Assembly (NCBI GenBank): GCA_046733135.1
Contig: JBKPON010000013.1
Coordinates: forward strand, 1-61,894
DNA from: Pseudomonadota bacterium
Lineage (GTDB): Bacteria; Pseudomonadota; Alphaproteobacteria; Sphingomonadales; Sphingomonadaceae
Direction: 5' to 3'
DNA length: 61,894 nt
Under the pieces are notes generated by a model, which saw only the letters and a program-made list of their open reading frames with translations, was not told where the DNA came from and searched no databases. Both the position numbers and the translations under genes were made by a program. Every line of letters starts with the position of its first letter. The first letter of the stretch is position 1. Positions 16,532-26,311 of the stretch are shown in pieces.

Positions 16532-18280
16532 ATGTCGGACGTCTTCGTGTCTTACGCGCGGCCGGACGAGCCGCAGGCGAAGCGCGTCGCCGACACGCTG
16601 CGCGGCGAAGGCTATTGCGTTTGGCGCGATGACGAATTGCCCGCCCACCGCGCTTATACCGACGTGATCGAGGAACGGCTGGGCTCGGCCGGCGCGGTCG
16701 TCGTGCTGTGGTCGGCCGACGCGGTGAAGTCACAATGGGTGCGAGCCGAGGCGGATGCGGCGCGGACCTTTGGCACGTTGGTCCAGGCGACGCTGGACGG
16801 CTCCCTTCCGCCAATGCCTTTCAACCAGATTCAGTGCGCGGATTTGAAAGCCTGGGACGGCGAGACAGAGACACCCGGGTGGCGCAAGCTTCGAGCGAGT
16901 GTCGGAGCATTGGCGGGCCAACCCGCAGCCAACCACCCTCCGGTGAAAATCGGGCGCGAGCGCTCGATTTGCGTGCTGCCCTTCGCCAATATGAGCGGCG
17001 ATATCGAGCAGGAATATTTCAGCGACGGAATCAGCGAGGACATCACCACCGACCTGTCGAAAGTGTCCGCGCTTGCGGTGACCGCGCGGAACACGGCGTT
17101 CACCTACAAGGGTCAAGCCGTCGACGTGTGCGACGTCGCGCACAAACTCGGGGTCAGCCACGTGCTTGAAGGCAGCGTGCGCAAGGCCGGCGGACGAGTG
17201 CGAATAACGGCACAGCTGATCGACGGCACTAGCGGCGACCATGTTTGGGCCGAGCGGTACGACCGCGACTTGACCGACATTTTCGCCCTGCAGGACGAGA
17301 TTTCGAGCGCGATCGTGGACGCGCTCAAAGTCAAACTTTTGCCCGAAGAGAGGAAAGCTATCGAAAGCCGCGGCACGTCGAACGTGGACGCCTACAACCT
17401 TTATTTGATGGCGCGGCAATGCTGGGTGAGCGGTGATTTCGGCAGCCGGCGTCGCGAAGAGAAGGTCATTCGAATTTGCCGAAAGGCGATCGAACTCGAC
17501 CCGGAATATCCTCAAGCCTGGGCACTGATGGCGCTCGCCCAGGCCAATCTGTGCCACGGGTTCAGCGAGAATCTGTGCGATGACGATGGCGCCGCCGCCG
17601 CCGAGCGGGCGCTCGATCTCGATCCGACAATCGCCGAGGCGCATTTGCCCAAGGCTTGGGCGCTGGTCGAGCGGGGTCAGATTGACGAGGCCAATGCGGT
17701 GCTGGCGCTCGCGCTCGAGCTCGCGCCTGATTCGTGGGAAGTGAACAAGGAATCCGCTCGGCTCTATTACCGACAGAGGAGAATTGACGAGGCGACGCGG
17801 CGGCTGGAAAAGGCAATGACCCTGATGGAAAGCGATTTCCATGGCTGGGGGATGTTGTTCGCTTGCTACAACGCCCTACAAGATGCGGCGAAGGCCCGGC
17901 ACTGCGGCGAGCGCATCATCAAGAATGTCGAGGATGCCCTCAGCCGGGATCCCGATAATGGCACGGCTTTAGCCTTCGGCGCGCTGGGCTCTGCCGCGCT
18001 CGGTCAGCTAGAGCGCGCGCGCCAGTGGATGGATCGGGCGCTGTTGCTCGACCCTGACAATCTCTTCATGCGGTACAATTTGTCGATGGGCTTGCTGGTC
18101 TTCTTTAAGGACAAGGAGGCCGCAATGACGATGATCGGCTCCGTGCTCCCAAAGGCGGGCCCAAGCGTGATACAGCTGGCCGCGAGTGACCCGAACCTGG
18201 ATCCCCTGCGGGACGACGCGCGATTTCAGGAAATGTTGGCCGCGGCAAAGGAGCGCGTGGGCATCCGTACGCAGAACTGA
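16532..18280 (+). CDS. TIR domain - TolB-like N-terminal domain - TPR protein
   Basis: MSDVFVSYAR, VVLWSADAVKSQWVRAEA (TIR); ICVLPFANMSGDIEQEYFSDGISEDI, VLEGSVRK, WAERYDRDL; several TPR units. Confidence 0.9.
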   Translation: MSDVFVSYARPDEPQAKRVADTLRGEGYCVWRDDELPAHRAYTDVIEERLGSAGAVVVLWSADAVKSQWVRAEADAARTFGTLVQATLDGSLPPMPFNQIQCADLKAWDGETETPGWRKLRASVGALAGQPAANHPPVKIGRERSICVLPFANMSGDIEQEYFSDGISEDITTDLSKVSALAVTARNTAFTYKGQAVDVCDVAHKLGVSHVLEGSVRKAGGRVRITAQLIDGTSGDHVWAERYDRDLTDIFALQDEISSAIVDALKVKLLPEERKAIESRGTSNVDAYNLYLMARQCWVSGDFGSRRREEKVIRICRKAIELDPEYPQAWALMALAQANLCHGFSENLCDDDGAAAAERALDLDPTIAEAHLPKAWALVERGQIDEANAVLALALELAPDSWEVNKESARLYYRQRRIDEATRRLEKAMTLMESDFHGWGMLFACYNALQDAAKARHCGERIIKNVEDALSRDPDNGTALAFGALGSAALGQLERARQWMDRALLLDPDNLFMRYNLSMGLLVFFKDKEAAMTMIGSVLPKAGPSVIQLAASDPNLDPLRDDARFQEMLAAAKERVGIRTQN

Positions 18281-18290
18281 GCGCGGGCGA

Positions 18291-19097
18291 TCACGTTCCG
18301 CGCCACTTTGGCTGACGCTTCTCGAGAAACGCGCTGATCCCTTCCTCGGCATCCGTCGTCTGCATGTTCTCGACCATGACGCGCGACATATGCTCATAGG
18401 CTTCGGCAAGACCCATCCCCGCCTGCTGCAACACCGCTTCCTTGCCCAGCCGCACGGCGATGGGCGACTTGGCGGCGATGGTCCTCGCATAGTCGCTGAC
18501 GAATTGTGCGAGAGACGCACGCGGAACGACGCGATTCACCAACCCGTATTCGCAAGCGGTTCGCGCATCGATCATCTCGCCCGTCAGAAGCATTTCCATC
18601 GCCCGCTTCGGGCCGACGCTGCGCGTCAGCGCCACGGCTGGAGTCGCGCAGAATAGACCGACGTCGATGCCGTTGACGCCAAACCGCGCTTGGTCCGAAG
18701 CGACAACCAAGGCACAGGAGGCGACCAGCTGGCAACCCGCCGCGGTCGCGATGCCGTCGACTTCCGCGATGATCGGCTTGGGATGATTCACGACCGTTTG
18801 CATCAGGCGCGAGCAGAGCGCGAAAGTGTGCACGAAGAAGCTCTTGCCCCCGTCGGCATCGGCGCGATGCGCCGTCATTTCCTTAAGGTCGTGCCCCGCA
18901 GAGAACAGCTTTCCTTCGGCCGCGAGAACGATAACGTGGATTGCCGGGTCATTTTCGACCCGCTCTAGCTCCGACTGCAGCGATTGCATGACGTCGACCG
19001 AGAGGAGGTTAGCCGGCGGGCTGTAGAGCGTCAGGCGAAGGATCGGCCCCTGCCGTTCGGCGCGGATGTTCCGCTGCAGTTTGGAGAGTTCGGTCAC
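18291..19097 (-). CDS. Enoyl-CoA hydratase/isomerase family protein
   Basis: FSAGHDLKEM, ATAAGCQLVASC, GLFCATP, EGISAFLEKRQPKW; GTG start after GAGGGAG. Confidence 0.9.
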   Translation of the reverse strand: MTELSKLQRNIRAERQGPILRLTLYSPPANLLSVDVMQSLQSELERVENDPAIHVIVLAAEGKLFSAGHDLKEMTAHRADADGGKSFFVHTFALCSRLMQTVVNHPKPIIAEVDGIATAAGCQLVASCALVVASDQARFGVNGIDVGLFCATPAVALTRSVGPKRAMEMLLTGEMIDARTACEYGLVNRVVPRASLAQFVSDYARTIAAKSPIAVRLGKEAVLQQAGMGLAEAYEHMSRVMVENMQTTDAEEGISAFLEKRQPKWRGT

Positions 19098-19184
19098 GTC
19101 TGCTCCCTCGCCCAATAGGGCCACGACGGATTTAACACCGCGCGCGCTTGTCACCTACTTCGGTCAACAGGGGCGGTCCCTTGA

Positions 19185-19214
19185 GTCCATCCCAAACCGA
19201 CCATTGCGGACATC
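19185..19214 (+). repeat. 12-6-12 palindrome, copy 6 (right arm intact)
   Basis: GTC CATCCC AAA CCGACC ATT GCGGAC ATC in a divergent intergenic region. Confidence 0.55.
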
Positions 19215-19299
19215 AACGGCTGATGGGATGATCGGGCATGCATTGCCCTTGGGCTCGATTGATCTTCGCACATTTGCCGCGGATCGGGGTGGCGAACAG

Positions 19300-20643
19300 T
19301 TGAGCGCACATCGTGCCGCGCACCGGGAACGCCCTGTTCTCGCCCGCCGTCTCGGCGTGTTCGACGCGACCATGCTGGTCATGGGCGGAATCATCGGTTC
19401 GGGCATCTTCGTCACTCCGGCCGAAGTCGCGAGGCACGTCGACACGCCCTTGTTGATCGTCGGAGTCTGGTTCCTGGGCGGCCTCGTCGCGCTCGCCGCA
19501 TCCTTCGTTTACGCGGAGCTCGCCGCTCGCCGGCCCGAGGTTGGCGGCCAATATGCCTATCTGCGGGACGCCTACGGCCCGTTGCCTGCCTTCCTCTACG
19601 GCTGGGCGCTGCTGCTGGTGATCCAATCGGGCGGAATGGCGGCAGTCGCCATCACTTTCGCACGCTATTTCGGCAACCTCGTCCAGCTGCCGTTCGGCGA
19701 TGGAGTTGTGGCCTTCTTGGTTCTGGCGCTCCTGACGCTCATCAATTGCCTCGGCGTTCGTTCCGGCAGCAATGTGCAGAACGCATTGATGGTGCTCAAA
19801 ATAATGGCGATTGCCGGACTAGTGCTCGCCGGCGTCTGGCTCGCTCCGGCAGCTATTCCGACGGCGCCGCCCGCCCAGAGCTCGTCGCTCTCGACGCTCG
19901 CCGCTGTCGGCGCCGCGATGACTCCGGTGATGTTTTCCTACGGCGGTTGGCAGACCTCGAGCTTCGTTGCCGGAGAAATGCGCAACCCGGGCCGCGACCT
20001 CGCGCGCGGCCTTTTGCTGGGCGTTGCGGGGGTAGTCCTGCTCTACACCGCCGTCGCGTTCGTCTGTGTGCACGCACTCGGCCCCGGCGGCCTTTCGGCG
20101 TCGAAAACGCCCGCGACCGACGTCATGCGCCTCGCGCTGGGTGATCGCGGCGCGACCTTCATCGCCGTCGGAATTGCGATCTCCGCTTTGGGATTCCTGA
20201 GCCAGGGCATGCTCACCGCGCCGCGAGTCTATTTCGCGATGGCCGAGGATGGGCTTTTCTTCCGCCGAGTGGCGCAGGTCAGCGCGACCACTCGAGTGCC
20301 GGTGATTGCCATCGTGCTTCAGGGCGCGGCAGCCGCAATCATCGCGGTCTCGGGGACCTTCGGGCAGATTCTGAGCTACGTGGTCTCCGTCGATTTCATC
20401 TTCTTCGGACTGACCGGTGCCGCTTTGTTCGTCTTCCGCCGGCGCGACCCGGATCAACCGGTAGCATTCCGAGCGCCTCTTCATCCGGTGACGACAGGCC
20501 TGTTCGTGCTTGCCTGCATACTCACGGTTATTGCCACGGTGTGGAACAACCCGGTCAACAGTCTGATCGGCTATGCGATCGTGATCGCGGGCGTGCCGGC
20601 CTGCTTTTATTGGCAGCGCAAGAATCGGCGGGCCACTCAATGA
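19300..20643 (+). CDS. APC family amino acid permease
   Basis: GGIIGSGIF, YAELAA..P..GGQY.YL, FSYGGW, RVYFAMA; start uncertain (TTG 19300 or ATG 19228). Confidence 0.9.
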   Translation: MSAHRAAHRERPVLARRLGVFDATMLVMGGIIGSGIFVTPAEVARHVDTPLLIVGVWFLGGLVALAASFVYAELAARRPEVGGQYAYLRDAYGPLPAFLYGWALLLVIQSGGMAAVAITFARYFGNLVQLPFGDGVVAFLVLALLTLINCLGVRSGSNVQNALMVLKIMAIAGLVLAGVWLAPAAIPTAPPAQSSSLSTLAAVGAAMTPVMFSYGGWQTSSFVAGEMRNPGRDLARGLLLGVAGVVLLYTAVAFVCVHALGPGGLSASKTPATDVMRLALGDRGATFIAVGIAISALGFLSQGMLTAPRVYFAMAEDGLFFRRVAQVSATTRVPVIAIVLQGAAAAIIAVSGTFGQILSYVVSVDFIFFGLTGAALFVFRRRDPDQPVAFRAPLHPVTTGLFVLACILTVIATVWNNPVNSLIGYAIVIAGVPACFYWQRKNRRATQ

Positions 20644-21713
20644 GGGCGATGCAGTCGGATTACATGCATTGGGCGAAGTTCAAGCCGACCGTGCGCTTCG
20701 CCCTCACGGCCAGTGAAGTTCCGCATTTCCGGATGGATTCGCTCCCCGTTCGCATCGCCGACCTCGACCTCGACGGTGCGAGCCATCCGCGATACGCGCC
20801 GCTGCGCGAAGCGATTGCGAGGCGCTACGACGTTGCTTCGGAGCAGGTGGTTGCGGCGGACGGTACGTCAATGGCGAACTTCCTGGCGATGGCGACCTTG
20901 ATCTCGCCCGGCGATGAAGTGTTGATCGAGAGTCCGACCTATGAGCTGTTGCTCGGCGCGGCGAGCTTCCTCGGCGCGGAGATCAAACGCTTCGGTCGCG
21001 ATCCGCAAAGTGGCTTCCGCATCGATCCGGACCGAGTTGCATCGGCCATGAGCGAGCGTACGCGGCTGATCGTCATCACCAACCTCCACAATCCGAGCAG
21101 TGCGATTACAGACGAGGGGGGGCTTCGAGCGCTGGGCGATCTCGCCCGGAAGGCGGGCGCACATGTCCTCGTCGACGAGGTGTATCTCGACTCCGCCGTC
21201 CAGCCTCGGCGCAGCGCGGTTCACCTCGGCCCCGAGTTCGTCTGCACCAACAGCCTGACCAAGGTGTACGGCCTCAGCGGCCTGCGCTGCGGCTGGATCC
21301 TCGCCGATCCGGAGCTTGCGGAACGGATGTGGCGATTGAACGATCTGTTCGGGGTGAACCAGGCGCATCCCGCCGAGCGGCTCGCATGCCTCGCCTTCGA
21401 GCAGATCGACCAGGTGATCGGCGATATGCCCGCGGTGCTCGAGCGCAACCGAGCCGTGTTCAATCGGTTCATTGCCTCTCGTGCGGACCTCGAATGTTGG
21501 CCGGTAGAACATGGCATTGTCGCGTTTCCGCGATGGCTTGGCGGCGATACGGAGAGGCTCGATGCGCTGCTCCGCGAGCGCTTCGATACCGCCGTCGTGC
21601 CGGGACGCTGGTTCGAAATGCCCGACCATTTTCGAATCGGTCTTGGCTGCGGGACCGACCTGCTTGAAGAGGGCTTGAAGAGGCTCGGCGCCGCTCTGGA
21701 CGAACTCGGATGA
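20640..21713 (+). CDS. PLP-dependent aminotransferase class I/II
   Basis: TNLHNPS, VDEVY, NSLTKVYGLSGLRCGW; ATGA coupling. Confidence 0.9.
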   Translation: MRAMQSDYMHWAKFKPTVRFALTASEVPHFRMDSLPVRIADLDLDGASHPRYAPLREAIARRYDVASEQVVAADGTSMANFLAMATLISPGDEVLIESPTYELLLGAASFLGAEIKRFGRDPQSGFRIDPDRVASAMSERTRLIVITNLHNPSSAITDEGGLRALGDLARKAGAHVLVDEVYLDSAVQPRRSAVHLGPEFVCTNSLTKVYGLSGLRCGWILADPELAERMWRLNDLFGVNQAHPAERLACLAFEQIDQVIGDMPAVLERNRAVFNRFIASRADLECWPVEHGIVAFPRWLGGDTERLDALLRERFDTAVVPGRWFEMPDHFRIGLGCGTDLLEEGLKRLGAALDELG

Positions 21714-22483
21714 AGCTCCATCGGCACTATGTCGAAAAGCCTTGGGGAAGGATGCAACTGCCCCCAATGTTCGACGCTCCCAAAGGTCAAAGGATCGGCG
21801 AGGTCTGGTTTGCCGATGGCGCCGATTTGCCGTTGCTGGCCAAATATATTTTCACCAGTGAGCGGCTTTCCGTTCAGGTCCATCCCGACGATGAGCAGGC
21901 GCGAGCCCGCGGGCTGCCGCACGGCAAGACCGAGTGCTGGTACATATTGGAGGCCGACGCCGGTTCGACCCTGGGCCTCGGACTGAGGCGCGAACTTTCG
22001 ACTGAGGAATTGCGTTGCGCCGCGCTCGATGGATCGATCGAAGACCTCCTCGATTGGCGTACCGTCCGTCCGGGCGATTTCTTCCTGGTTCCGCCAGGTA
22101 CGATCCACGCGATTGGCGGCGGCCTCTCGCTGATCGAATTCCAGCGGAACGCGGACGTAACCTATCGCCTCTATGATTACGGCCGATCGCGCGAGCTCCA
22201 CCTTGACGATGCCGTTGCCGTGGCTTGTCGCGTCCCGTATCGAGAAACGCTCGCACAGCACCTCCCCGCCGCTGAGGAGCGTACGCTGGTGGACGGCCCG
22301 CTCTTCGAGCTACTCCTCAGCCACGAGGACGCTCTGCAGGACCGCCGGCGCTGGGTGATCCCGCTCGAAGGCGCGGTACAGGCGGGGAGCGATTCCGCCG
22401 GCCCTGGCGACTGCCTGCTGGTCGCGCCGGACGAACGGTTGGAGTGCCGCAATGCCCGAATGCTGATCGGCGCTATGGCCTAA
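21710..22483 (+). CDS. manA: Class I mannose-6-phosphate isomerase
   Basis: KPWG, LSVQVHPDD, GKTECWYIL, PPGTIHAIG, TYRLYDYGR. Confidence 0.88.
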   Translation: MKLHRHYVEKPWGRMQLPPMFDAPKGQRIGEVWFADGADLPLLAKYIFTSERLSVQVHPDDEQARARGLPHGKTECWYILEADAGSTLGLGLRRELSTEELRCAALDGSIEDLLDWRTVRPGDFFLVPPGTIHAIGGGLSLIEFQRNADVTYRLYDYGRSRELHLDDAVAVACRVPYRETLAQHLPAAEERTLVDGPLFELLLSHEDALQDRRRWVIPLEGAVQAGSDSAGPGDCLLVAPDERLECRNARMLIGAMA

Positions 22484-23348
22484 CTGACATGGCGAGCGCG
22501 ATGGCGCCGAACGGTCCCGCCTCGGCGCCGAGTTCCGGCGCGCGGACGTAATCGCCGTCTTCGGGGAGTTGGACATAGCCGTGAAGGCTCTCGATGAGCT
22601 TCGATTGGATATTGGCGAGAAGGTGCGGTCGCCGCTCGATCACTCCGCCGCCCATCGCGATCCGCTGCGGGGCGGCGGCACAGACGATGGCGTGACAAAG
22701 CTGCGCGAGCGTCCAGGAGACCGACTCCCAGACTGGATCATTGGGCCCGAGGTCGCTCAGGGCGTCACCAAATCGTGCGGCGAGGGAAGATCCGGATGCC
22801 AAGCCTTCGACGCAATCGCCGTGGTAGGGGCACGAGCCGGGCCAATCGTCGCCGGGCAAGCGGGCGACGCGCACGTGGCCCAGTTCGCAATGGCCAAACC
22901 CGCGGATCGGGCGGCCGTTGACGATCAATCCGACCCCGACGCCTGTACCGACGGTAACGTAGGCGAAGTCGTTGAAACCGCGCCCGGCGCCCCAGCGCAT
23001 TTCAGCGAGGGCCGCACCATTGACATCGGTATCGAAGGCGACTGGAGCGCAAGCCGCGCCGCTGAGCCTTGAAACGACATCGGCGCCGGCCCAACCCGCT
23101 TTTGGTGTTGCGAGTATGTGACCGTAGCTCGGTGACCGCGGATCAACATCGATCGGACCGAAGCTGGCGATACCCAAGGCTTCGAAGTTAGAGTCTTGTT
23201 TCCAGTCGCGGAGGAGGCGTTCGAGCGCACCGAGCGTGTCGTCCACCGAAGACGTAGGAATGACTGCGCGTGCAAGCACGTCCTCGGAACCACGGGCCAG
23301 GATCGCGACGCATTTCGTTCCGCCGAGTTCGATGCCAGCGAAAATCAT
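22473..23348 (-). CDS. ROK family sugar kinase (fructokinase-like)
   Basis: GIELGGTK, FDTDVNGAALAE, TVGTGVGVG, HCELGH, CPYHGDCVEGLASG. Confidence 0.9.
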   Translation of the reverse strand: MIFAGIELGGTKCVAILARGSEDVLARAVIPTSSVDDTLGALERLLRDWKQDSNFEALGIASFGPIDVDPRSPSYGHILATPKAGWAGADVVSRLSGAACAPVAFDTDVNGAALAEMRWGAGRGFNDFAYVTVGTGVGVGLIVNGRPIRGFGHCELGHVRVARLPGDDWPGSCPYHGDCVEGLASGSSLAARFGDALSDLGPNDPVWESVSWTLAQLCHAIVCAAAPQRIAMGGGVIERRPHLLANIQSKLIESLHGYVQLPEDGDYVRAPELGAEAGPFGAIALAMSVRP

Positions 23349-23391
23349 TTGGCGGCAAACCTGGCGCCAGACTGTGCGGCAAGCGACACGC

Positions 23392-24411
23392 CTATCGATT
23401 CACCGCCTTTATGCGGACAGGTCCCAAGGCCGTACATTCCGTATTGAGGCAGCTGTAGTCGAACCACACCTCGCCGTCGCCGATCATCGCGCCGATGTCG
23501 CGTCTGAAGAGCTGATCCGGCCGCTGTTTCAGGATCGCCTGCCGGACTCCCGGCGTGAAGATTCGGTCGAAGTCGCGCTCGACGGAGCGCGGATTGGGAT
23601 AGAAACGTGAACCGCCATTCGAATTCACGCGGAGCGGATAGGATATGAGCTTGGCCACCGAACCCCGATCATTTGCCCGAATCGCAGCCTGAAGACGGGC
23701 GACAAAAGTCGCATAACCAGAATTGTCAGGCTCGTCGGCGAGGACCTGCTTTGCCGCTGCCGTATCGGCGCTGCTGGACGCTTTGCCCACGGCCCGTTCA
23801 CGCGACGCAATGCGCGTACCGGTCACTGTGACGTTGCTGACTACCCCCTGGGCGGCGCCACCTTCCGCGACCATTGGTGCTGGTTGCGGAGCGGATGGCG
23901 GCGGGGGAGGGGCCGGCGGTGCAGGGGGGAGCGAAGCGTTCGCCACTTTTGCGTCATCGTTCTTCAGCTCTTCGAGTTTGTCGCTGACCTGTGAGTGATC
24001 CGGCGGAGTTGTGGGCGCGGCGGGCGGCGCCTGCGCGATCGGCGGTGCCGGAGAAGGCGCGCGCTGTGTATCCGACGAAGCGTCGGCACGGGGCGGGACG
24101 GCCTGCTGCGGTGTGCCGCTGACGGGCTGTGCGGGAATCTCCCGCACAACGGCTGGAGACCGGTCACGGATCGCGATCAACGCGGCCGGGAGACCGATCG
24201 CCGCGACGATCACGACGGAAAGAGCCATACCGAACTGCGGCTGGCGCAAGCGGGTCCACCAAAGTGGTGGCGGCGTGCGTGGGAGGTCGGCGGGGCCCTC
24301 CTCCGTTCCATCGAACCGTCGAAGGGCCGCATCGATTGCGGCTTCCCGCCGGGCGGGATTCGGCGGGGGTGGCTTGGGCAGCGACACGGACAGGTCGTCT
24401 TCGATCGGCAT
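23392..24411 (-). CDS. Membrane-anchored hypothetical protein, anti-sigma-like
   Basis: Short cytoplasmic N-domain, one TM, Pro-rich linker, C-terminal globular domain (YPLRVN...GAMIGDGEVWF, two Cys); downstream of ECF sigma. Confidence 0.6.
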   Translation of the reverse strand: MPIEDDLSVSLPKPPPPNPARREAAIDAALRRFDGTEEGPADLPRTPPPLWWTRLRQPQFGMALSVVIVAAIGLPAALIAIRDRSPAVVREIPAQPVSGTPQQAVPPRADASSDTQRAPSPAPPIAQAPPAAPTTPPDHSQVSDKLEELKNDDAKVANASLPPAPPAPPPPPSAPQPAPMVAEGGAAQGVVSNVTVTGTRIASRERAVGKASSSADTAAAKQVLADEPDNSGYATFVARLQAAIRANDRGSVAKLISYPLRVNSNGGSRFYPNPRSVERDFDRIFTPGVRQAILKQRPDQLFRRDIGAMIGDGEVWFDYSCLNTECTALGPVRIKAVNR

Positions 24412-24460
24412 CGGCCAACCTCATAGCGCGAATCGCGCCCTGATCGAATCGTCACTTGGC

Positions 24461-24489
24461 CGCCGCGGCGGCGGAGTCCCGCCGCGGCG
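24461..24489. terminator. GC-rich hairpin after the vWA gene
   Basis: Perfect 11-bp stem CGCCGCGGCGG/CCGCCGCGGCG. Confidence 0.45.
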
Positions 24490-24499
24490 AACATCGTGC

Positions 24500-26209
24500 C
24501 TATCGCTCCAGCTGCGCTAGTGCCGGAGCGCTCTTCGCCGCGCGCACCAGTTGAACGAACTCGGAGCGATAACCGAATTCGTCCCTGCCCCGCGAAGCGA
24601 TCGCGATCTTGAGCACGTCGTCATAGGTGAGCGACCCACTGTAACGGCCCCCGCGCAACAGGTCGGCGAAGACGGCTACCGCGCTTGCGAACCGCGCGTC
24701 CTGCGGCGCTTCTTCGAAGCGGCCGAATTCCGAGCGCCGGTCGATCGGCGTCGAGATCAGCCTGCTGGTCTCCGACCTGGGCAATTTGTAGCGGATCTTG
24801 ACGAAGCCAAGCTCCGCACCGTGTCCGGCAACCACGGGTCTGGGGGCGCTGTAGCGTAGATCGCCGATTGCGCGCGGTCCGCCGACCGGTACGACCTCGT
24901 AAAGCGCGGTGACCGACTGCCCCGAACCGACATCGCCCGCGTCGACTTTGTCATTGTCGAAATCGTCGCGGTTGAGCATCCGGGTTTCGTAGCCGATCAG
25001 CCGATACTCGGAGACCGTCGACGGATTGAACTCGACCTGGATCTTCACGTCCTTGGCAATGGGGAAGAGAGTCGAGCTGGCTTCCTCGACCAAGGTCTTC
25101 CGCGCTTCGGAAACCGTGTCGATGTAGGCGGCGACGCCATTGCCGTTCTGCGCCAGCGCCTGCATCAGCGCGTCATTGTAATTGCCCATGCCGTAGCCGA
25201 GCACGGACAGAAACACGCCTTTCCCGCGTTCGCGTTCGATATAGCCTTTAAGCTCACCTTGATCGGTGATCCCGACGTTGAAGTCGCCGTCGGTTGCGAG
25301 GATCACCCGGTTGACTCCGCGTGCATCGAGATTGGCTTCGGCCAGCGCATAGGCCTGGCGAATGCCTTCGGCTCCCGCGGTGCTACCACCCGCGCCGAGA
25401 TTTTCTATGACTGCACGGATCTTGCCCTTCTGGCTCACCGGAGTCGGCTCCAGCGCCGTGCCGGCTGATCCAGCATAAGTGACGATGGCAACGCTGTCGC
25501 GCGGATCCAGCTCGTCGAGCAGGAGCGAGAGTGACTGCTTCACCAGCGGCAGCTTGTTCGGCTCCTGCATCGAACCGGATGTGTCGATCAGGAACACCAG
25601 ATTGGCGCGTGGTCGCGTTGCCCGCCCGACGGCATAACCCTTGATTCCAATCCGGACGAGCTTCCGTCCCGACGACCAGGGACTGGGAAAAACCGCGATG
25701 GTGGTGCTGAACGGCTGGTCCGTACGCGGCGGCGCGGCATAGTCGTAAGGAAAATAGTTCACCATTTCCTCGGTGCGCACTGCGGCGGGCTGGGGCAGAA
25801 CGTTGTTGTTGAGCGACGCCCGGACCCACGAATAGGAAGCGGTGTCGACGTCGATCGAAAAAGTAGACACGGGCTCTTCCCGCACGACCTTGAACGGATT
25901 TTGGGCGGCGGCGGTGAAACGGTCGCGGCCGACGTCGTGATACGGCGGGGCAGCTTGGACGATCTGCGAATAGAGACCCGGCGGCGGCGGCGGTGCGGGC
26001 ATTGCAAAGTTGCGCGCATCGGCGGCCTGTTTCGCCGTCGAGCCGGTCATCGGTGAAGCTCGCGTGCCGGTGACGACGACGCCCGAGGCGGCGCTTTCCC
26101 GCGCTTTGTCGGCGGAGGAGGCAGGCCGTTCGTCGACGGCCGATCTAGTGCAGCCGACGACAAGCGCGAGAGCCAGGACCGAGGCCAGCGGGTGACGGAA
26201 TCTGAGCAT
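24500..26209 (-). CDS. vWA domain lipoprotein (YfbK-like, with DUF3520)
   Basis: Lipobox VVGC; STFSIDVDTASY; MIDAS LIDTSGSM; ATDGDFNVG; YRLIGYETR; R.EFVQLV. Confidence 0.9.
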   Translation of the reverse strand: MLRFRHPLASVLALALVVGCTRSAVDERPASSADKARESAASGVVVTGTRASPMTGSTAKQAADARNFAMPAPPPPPGLYSQIVQAAPPYHDVGRDRFTAAAQNPFKVVREEPVSTFSIDVDTASYSWVRASLNNNVLPQPAAVRTEEMVNYFPYDYAAPPRTDQPFSTTIAVFPSPWSSGRKLVRIGIKGYAVGRATRPRANLVFLIDTSGSMQEPNKLPLVKQSLSLLLDELDPRDSVAIVTYAGSAGTALEPTPVSQKGKIRAVIENLGAGGSTAGAEGIRQAYALAEANLDARGVNRVILATDGDFNVGITDQGELKGYIERERGKGVFLSVLGYGMGNYNDALMQALAQNGNGVAAYIDTVSEARKTLVEEASSTLFPIAKDVKIQVEFNPSTVSEYRLIGYETRMLNRDDFDNDKVDAGDVGSGQSVTALYEVVPVGGPRAIGDLRYSAPRPVVAGHGAELGFVKIRYKLPRSETSRLISTPIDRRSEFGRFEEAPQDARFASAVAVFADLLRGGRYSGSLTYDDVLKIAIASRGRDEFGYRSEFVQLVRAAKSAPALAQLER

Positions 26210-26311
26210 GGAAAAACGCTCCCTTCAAACCGCGGGCACGATCGCCCGCATGTCACTGGGACGCATCAGCTCGGGATTTCCTTGGGCGAGGCGAAATATT
26301 TTCTCGCCGTT

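Noticed and set aside
16532-18280. Thoeris or CBASS call for the TIR protein
   Set aside because: No ThsA-like effector or cyclase nearby, and the architecture differs
7501-19214. The 30-bp palindromes as a CRISPR array or classical integron attC sites
   Set aside because: Spacing is irregular and kilobase-scale, copies are divergent, no cas or intI gene is present, and there are no RYYYAAC/GTTRRRY boxes
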